DNA of 64,000 bases from a virus, in the IMG/VR virus record IMGVR_UViG_3300037483_001116, positions 94,019-158,018 of that record. The stretch is one strand, 5' to 3'. The notes beneath the pieces were generated by a model that saw only the letters and a program-made list of their open reading frames with translations, was not told the origin of the DNA and searched no databases. Below are positions 57,987 through 64,000 of this stretch, one piece after another (position 1 is the first letter of the stretch; the number at the start of each line of letters is the position of its first letter). The position numbers were made by a program, and so were the translations under genes.

Positions 57987-58492
57987 GCCTGCCGTACCAG
58001 GCCATGCCTAACCTGACCAATCCGGGCCACGCCTTGCCCTGCCTGCCGTACCGGGCCCAGCCATGCCATGCCTCGCCTGCCGGACCTAGCCGAGCCTCGC
58101 CAAACCCTGCCGGGCCAGACCTTGCCTGCCTTACCGAGCCAAACCCGACCACGCCCTTGCACGCCGTGCCAGGCCTTACCTGCCACGCCCAACCGAGCCA
58201 TGCCTTGCGGTACCCCGCCTGCCCAGCCGGACCCTGCCCTGCCGTGCCATACCAAACCCCGCCTCCCCGAACCTGGCCACGCCACACCCCGCGATGCCTG
58301 CCGTACCGGGCCATGCCCTGCCATGCCTTCCCCACCGAACCTGCCTGGCCGGGCCGAGCCTTGCCAAACCCCGACTGGCCCCACCGCGCCTGCCACGCCA
58401 TACCTGGCCCTAACGGACCCCGACTAACCACACCCTGCCTGCCCTGCCCTGCCCTACCCGACCTTGCCCCGCCAAACCATGCCTGCCGTACC
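57987..58492 (-). repeat. Pentamer array A: (GGY-NN)n on the minus strand, ~10 segments delimited by 4-nt units
   Basis: Plus strand: gcct|gccgt accag gccat gccta acctg accaa tccgg gccac gcctt gccct|gcct|gccgt accgg ... Confidence 0.9.
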
Positions 58493-61028
58493 TAGTCAGA
58501 CAGTCCCTTGAGGACAGTTTCAGCGTCTTCGGCCGTCGCGGTGGCCAGCGTGACCAGACCGCTGGGGCCTAGCCGCTTCCCACCAACGGTGAGGGCCTGC
58601 AACTTTTCCTCGTTTTCTGGGGTCACCGCGACGCTGAGGGCCAGCGCCGCGTCGTGTTGGGCAATAGCCCATGGGGCCTGTTCGCCTGACTTCCAGGTCA
58701 GGTGGGCCGGGACCTGGTGGGCGCCGTGGACGGCTGGGTTGTGGAAGCCGCCGGGCAGGAGGCAGACGGGGCATGGGGTTGGTCCAGTGGTCATGTTCGT
58801 TCCCCTGGGTCTCCGACGAGGTCAATCAGGTCGTTGGTGATTTTGTCGACGCGGCTCATCTTGGCTCGTAGACAGGCAACCTCGACGCTCAGTTCCTGGT
58901 TGCGGCGTCTGAGGGCGATGGCCGCGAGATCGTCGTTTTCTGGTTGCTGGCCGCGGGCATTTTCGAGCTGCTGCCGCAGTGCCCCGACCTCAACTTCAAG
59001 GTCGTCGCATTGTTCTTCGAGCTGGCCCCGTTCGTAGCGAAGCGTTTCCAGCTGTTGCCGCAACGGTTCCAGCATCTTGGTCAGTTTGGCTTCAGTTTCG
59101 ACGACGAGGGCCCGGAGTAGTGACTTCAGGGCCTCCTCTGAGCTGCCGGCCCAGGAGCCCCGGACAACGATGCTGGCAAGGACCGAGTGGGGGTCGTTAA
59201 TGGTGGCACAGGCCCGGACCGTGGGGCCACTGCCGCCTTCGTAGCTCAGCGCATAGGCGTCGGTCATGGCTGTTCCCCCTTGAGGGCTCGCAGTGCATCG
59301 ACTTCGGCGACGGCGGCGCGGGCCAGGCCCCACGCAAGGGGCTTGTCGCGTTCATAGTCGGCGTCGCGGGGGCCGTCTTTCAGGTTCACCAGAACCCGCA
59401 GGGCATAGTCCAGTGTGGACACCAGTTGGCGCATAGCGTCCAGTTCTGCAACGAGGTCAGGTTCATCAGCACCGTGGAGGTCGTCGAGTAGGACCTGGCG
59501 GCTTCCGTCTTCGACCACTTCGGTAGCCCCGGGTTCGGATGTCGGGGCGGCCCGCATGGGCCTGGGGGTTGGTTCCCTGTCCATGGGGGCTCCGATGACG
59601 GGTGCGCTGGCCATAACGGCGGTGAGCCATGCACTGGGTTTGTTGGCGTCGATGTGCCGGTTGATGCGGGCCAGCTGCTTGAAGCTGTAGACGGCGACGG
59701 CGGTGAAAACCAGAGCCGGGGTCAGCCACCAGGTGTGGTGCTCGATGAGCTGAACGGCGCTGAAGAACAGAACAAAAAGGCCAGCCGCGAGGGGAAGGAC
59801 CTGGGCCCACTTCTTCATGTCAGCGTGGATTAGCATCTCGTGGACCAACCACAGGGCCCCAGCGCCCACCAAGGTGCTGAGGATGATCAGGGCGAGTCGC
59901 ATGGGGTTTCCTTTAGGTGGGTTTCATGGTGACGACGATGATGAGGGTGAGGGCGACGAGGGCGGCGCAGGCAAAGCCGGTCGCCACCCAGGCGTTGAGG
60001 TTGTCACGGGTTCTGACGGTGAAGATCGCCACGTAGGCGCCAACGACGCTGGCAGCCATGGACACCAGAAGCCAGGCGACGGCGGTCAACATCCGCTCCA
60101 GGGGGACTCGGTGACGAGGAGGCCTTCTGCGGCCAGGTGGTCAAGGGCGACGCGGGCCTGCCGAATGTGGTCCATGCAGACACCGGGTCCGTCGTGGGCC
60201 ATGCGACACAGCACTGTAGCCAGACGGTTTTCTGTTTGCCCGGTCCAGGCCGGCGTGGTCACGAGTCCCGGTCCTCGGCCGGCGGGTGCCACAGGCCGGA
60301 CAGAACCGGATCGGGGCCTATGTACAGGATGCAGGCGCAGGTGCTTACCACCCTGCCTGGGGTGAACTCATCAACCTGGCATTTGCGGCCATCTTTGTGG
60401 CAGTTGTAGCCATGTTTGCACATACAAACCGGCTGCGATGGTCCTGATTTGACTTTGCGGCTGTACATGCGGCCCAGGAGATAGCCGCTAAACACCGTGG
60501 CGACGGAGCCCATGGTTTGGGCGATGACGATGCCGATGGTCATGATTCTAGGTCCTTTGCCTCTAGGTACTCGGCCTGGAGATTGCGCTGAGATTGGGAC
60601 ACCTGGGCCCGTCGTGACAAGTCGCCGGTGGCGACGACGTCTTCAGCAAGGCGGGCGCTGGCTTCGCCCCAGAAGCAGATGGCATGGGTCCGGCCAGCGC
60701 GGTTGCTGCCAGCATCGAGGTCGAAGATGTCGCAGCAGACCAGTTCGGCGCGGATACGTTCGGCGATGTCGGCGCCGGCTCGCCGGTAGCCGCGTTCTTC
60801 CGCGGCGGCGACGCGGTCCAACGGCTCGGCGCTTATTCCCTGCTCCTTGCCGGCGGGCTCGGGGGCCAGTTTCTTGAGGCAGTTTTTGCACCGGTCGCAG
60901 TTGCTCTCACGCCAGTCGGTGCTGAACTGGCCGCAGAGGGAAACCCTGGTCCCAATGACATGGACAGCCCGGACCGCGTGCTGGGCCGTGCCTCGTGGCC
61001 GTGTCAGCCAGAACACTTCGACGGTCAC
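58492..61028 (-). CDS. Run of hypothetical/membrane genes (58492-58794, 58791-~59267, 59264-59902, 60259-60543, 60540-61028 and others)
   Basis: Coupled ORFs; several TM segments and Cys motifs. Confidence 0.5.
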
Positions 61029-61396
61029 GGCTGCGTTGCCTCACGATCCTGTTGGAGGATTTCGGCCCAGGCGTCACGGAGCTGTTCCCATGCGCCGCTG
61101 GTGTCTTCGACCTCGCTTTTAAGGTCGAATCCGTGTTGCTGAAGCCAGAAGTCGATGTTTCGGCGGGGGTTTTCGTCTTCGATCTTGCCGGCAACAACTC
61201 CGAATCGGCTTTCACCAATCCGATCGAACTGCCCATGGAAAGCCTGGCCAAGAACGCAGGCATGTTGACTGTTCATGACCAGCCGGTCGATGACGACCCG
61301 GTCAACGTCCAGGTCGTATTCAGCGCCGTGTTCCTTGATCCAGGCCAGTCCGCGGGCGGCACGGATGCGCAGATTCGTCCGAGTGATCATTTCCAA
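61025..61396 (-). CDS. Hypothetical protein (paralog of 63046-63465)
   Basis: RA.RG..W..E.G..Y.LDV.R...C.L...GF...W..L.DAW. Confidence 0.65.
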   Translation of the reverse strand: MEMITRTNLRIRAARGLAWIKEHGAEYDLDVDRVVIDRLVMNSQHACVLGQAFHGQFDRIGESRFGVVAGKIEDENPRRNIDFWLQQHGFDLKSEVEDTSGAWEQLRDAWAEILQQDREATQP

Positions 61397-61399
61397 CTC

Positions 61400-61891
61400 C
61401 TATGCGAAGTATTTGCAGTCGACGGGGGCCCCGGCGTAGCTTTCGCCTTCGCCGCCGCTGGAATCACGGCTCAACCGGATGCCGGCCGGTGTCTGCGCCC
61501 CCCAGGTGCATTTCAACACGACGTCGGGGTTGGGCTCAACGATTTGGGCAACGACCTTGACCTCGAACTCAGCCGGCGGGTAGTCGCGACTGGAGACGGT
61601 GAACTTGTATGGCGCCGGCACCCGGACGCCCGCGTCCCAGGGCATGAATCCGTCGATGAAGACGGTGGCGTCGATCAGCGGCGTGACCGAACCGCCAGTC
61701 TTCTGATGAAACGCCTCGATGGTGAACGTGACGTCAGTGCTGCTGTTGCTGTTGCTGGGCAACTCGCAGGCCCCCAGCAGTATGGCCAGGGCGCCAAGGA
61801 TGACGACAACGGTGGTGACGAACAGGATCTTGCGCATTGCTTCCTCCAAAAAGGGGTTGGGGGGGCTAGCCGTGGACGCCGCGGATGGCAC
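61400..61891 (-). CDS. Putative lipoprotein (true start probably MRKILF ~61837)
   Basis: Signal peptide with lipobox LGAC. Confidence 0.65.
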   Translation of the reverse strand: MPSAASTASPPNPFLEEAMRKILFVTTVVVILGALAILLGACELPSNSNSSTDVTFTIEAFHQKTGGSVTPLIDATVFIDGFMPWDAGVRVPAPYKFTVSSRDYPPAEFEVKVVAQIVEPNPDVVLKCTWGAQTPAGIRLSRDSSGGEGESYAGAPVDCKYFA

Positions 61892-62112
61892 CGAGACGGT
61901 CGGTGAGCCGGTCGTGAAGGCTGGTCATGGCGTCACCTCCGGCTCCTGATTTTGTAGGTGCATGGCGTACTGCATGAGAGCCGCGGTGGGGGCGAAGAAC
62001 AAATGGCCCAAGTGACCGTCCCGGGCGAACTCCCAGAAGGTGAAGGCGCCGAAGGTGCCGTAGAGCAAAGCAACGAGGGCAAAGCGCCAATCGCCGTTGC
62101 CGTTCTGTGGGG

Positions 62113-62292
62113 TCATAGCTCCTGGCTCCTGACGACGAGGGGTACGACAACGGCGGGGGTGAGGACGATGGTGCCGTCGGCCTCGACGTGGGCCAGGTAC
62201 CGGGTGTCTTCGGGGCGGGCGATTTTGCCGAGGTTAATGCGGCGCCGGCCGTCGAGGGTGAGCAGCGGCCGGGGGTCGTCGGTGGGGGTCAT
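62113..62292 (-). CDS. AbrB/MazE-like small DNA-binding protein
   Basis: TLD.R.RI.LGK......Y......DGTI.LTP. Confidence 0.6.
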   Translation of the reverse strand: MTPTDDPRPLLTLDGRRRINLGKIARPEDTRYLAHVEADGTIVLTPAVVVPLVVRSQEL

Positions 62293-62942
62293 TTCTTTTC
62301 CTCGGGGAAGTCGGCGGCCTTGACTTTCACCATCAGTCGCTGGCCGCTGCGGTCCACCAACCCAACCGGCGTCGTACCGACCAGACCTTCGGCCCGGACT
62401 GCGGGGTTCCACGTTGATGTCAGGCCGCCGCGGACCAGCTCAATCGCGGTGCGGATCGGGGCCTCCAGAATCATCGGCGCGGTCCGCAGACCCATTCCCT
62501 GCGCAACCTCCAGCATTTGCGGCCGGCGCAGCCACCAGTCTCCGACGCGCACGTCGAACAGGACGAAGTTCATGTCCGGCCGGTAGTTGCCGCCGTTCTG
62601 GATGCCGGCGCCGTAGCCTTCGCCGTACAGCGTCGCGGCGTTGCCGGTGAACTGCTGCTCGAACAGTTCTTCGGGGACGAGGGCGTCGAGCACGGGCAGC
62701 AGCTTGGCTGGGAGTTGGGCGTTGTCGGTCCGGCCGCCGTAGGTGACTTTGTGGCCGTCCCAGTGGATGCGGATGTTCGTGCCGTCGACTTTTTCGGTCC
62801 AGACCCAGTTCAGTTCGGCCAGGTATTCCAGCTCCGGCGAGGACCATGCCCCGTCGATGACCCGGTTCCGGTTCGGGCCTTGCGTCTCCCGGCGGAACGG
62901 TCCTGGGATTTTCTGGTACTCCTGCATCACGTCAACTTCCAA
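62289..62942 (-). CDS. RNA ligase (Rnl2-like nucleotidyltransferase)
   Basis: Motif I TEKVDGTN; LYGEGYG; FVLFDV; EGLV; VKVK. Confidence 0.85.
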   Translation of the reverse strand: MEVDVMQEYQKIPGPFRRETQGPNRNRVIDGAWSSPELEYLAELNWVWTEKVDGTNIRIHWDGHKVTYGGRTDNAQLPAKLLPVLDALVPEELFEQQFTGNAATLYGEGYGAGIQNGGNYRPDMNFVLFDVRVGDWWLRRPQMLEVAQGMGLRTAPMILEAPIRTAIELVRGGLTSTWNPAVRAEGLVGTTPVGLVDRSGQRLMVKVKAADFPEEKK

Positions 62943-63045
62943 ACGCCGACGGCGACCAGGGCAAACATCATGGCAACCTGGAGGCCAGCCATGACGTAGC
63001 AGGCGATACGGAACTTGCGTTCCTCTCTGGCGAAGTTGTACATGG

Positions 63046-63962
63046 TCAGTCGTCCATGGCCGAGGAGACGGGGGCCGGGTTGGCGGCGATGACTTTCCGC
63101 CACGCGTCGGTGAGGTTGTCCCAGTCGCGCTGGCTGCCGGCCCGGAAGAGGAGGAACGCTGGGTAGCTGGGCCAGATGTTGAAGCCGTGGCTGGTGAGGA
63201 ACCTGTTCAGCTCGGGGCCGGCGAAGGCGGAGCTGCTGAGGCTCAGGCGCGAGAGGGCCTGGCTGTAGCGGCTGTTGACCTGGTTGTCGTTGGTGAAGCA
63301 GAGGGCCAGCGGGCAGGTGCCGCCGCTTTGGGCGTTGAGGTCCCACGCGGCTCGGCCACTGGGGTGGTGCAGGCGGCTGACGTCAAGACCGTATTTGGGG
63401 CCGCATTCCTGTAGCCAGCGGTAGCCGCGGTTGGCGCGGGCCTGCAGGATCGATTTGAGGATCATGACTTTCTCCTGGGGGCGGAGGGGTGGCAGTGCTG
63501 GGTTTTTAATTGACCTTGGCCTGAGGTCTGTCGGAGCTGTCCCAGGTCAGGACCTCGTCGTTGGTCAGGGCGTTGCCGAGGGCGATGAGAGCCTGGGCTA
63601 CGGCTGCCGCTGCCTGGGCTTCGGCGGCGGAGTGGAACCCGTCCAGGCTTTGGAGGGTGTCGGCGGCGGCGGAGAGGGCGCTGGCCCGCGTCAAGGTCTT
63701 CTTCATGTTGTTTTGTCCATAACTACATGCTCACCGAGTTGAAGCGGGGGTCGTTGAGGTCGGCGTCGCCGTGCTCGTAGTCGTTGTGGGCTTGGGCTTC
63801 CTGGAGGGCCAAGTGCAGGGTGCGGGCAAGCATCGTCATGGCGGTGAGGGGATCGGGGTCCTGGGCCTCGTAGTTGGCGCTGAGGCCGTCCTTGGCCACC
63901 CAGCCGGTGGCGGCAGCGGTCCAGCTCCCCGAACTACCCAGTGCCAACGAGATCCGACTCAA
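63046..63962 (-). CDS. Hypothetical genes 63046-63465, 63506-63706 and 63723-63962
   Basis: ORFs with RBS-like upstream sequence; 63046-63465 is paralogous to 61025-61396. Confidence 0.55.
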
Positions 63963-64000
63963 CTCCCAACTTTCCCCACCGTCCCCACTACCGTCCCCAC

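Noticed and set aside
57896-58396. N-terminal 167 aa of the track ORF 57263..58396, and other ORFs across both arrays
   Set aside because: These are G/R/A/W/P low-complexity translations of the pentamer repeat. A good RBS and ATG at 57895 define the real gene.
56323-58492. Classical CRISPR array
   Set aside because: No 23-47-nt direct repeats with unique spacers, and no cas1/cas2
63973-64000. Short repeat (ACCGTCCCCAC x2) at the window edge
   Set aside because: Truncated by the window end; too little context

Overview
This is a GC-rich tailed (siphovirus-type) actinobacteriophage or prophage segment. The left arm (+ strand, 1-35 kb) holds a giant polyvalent head-associated protein (5'-truncated, with kinase-like, GrpE-like and two zincin domains), hexamer/pentamer-type capsid genes, tail genes, HNH endonucleases, a glycosyltransferase/methyltransferase cluster and lysis genes. 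The right arm (mostly - strand, 35-64 kb) holds many small early/accessory genes: dCMP deaminase, cytidylyltransferase, RNase AS-like, vWA, SPFH, Holliday junction resolvase, an LPXTG protein, SLOG and RNA ligase. No integrase, terminase, portal or DNA polymerase is visible in the window. The most striking element is at 56.3-58.5 kb: a stand-alone Cas7/RAMP-like gene plus a partner gene, flanked by two ~500-nt non-coding arrays of 5-nt units (GGY-NN on the transcribed strand) punctuated by 4-nt units. This is a candidate RNA-guided system with a non-contiguous code (VIPR-like). The second highlight is a ~320-nt highly base-paired non-coding region right after the major tail gene. All protein family calls come from motif recognition by eye, not from database searches.
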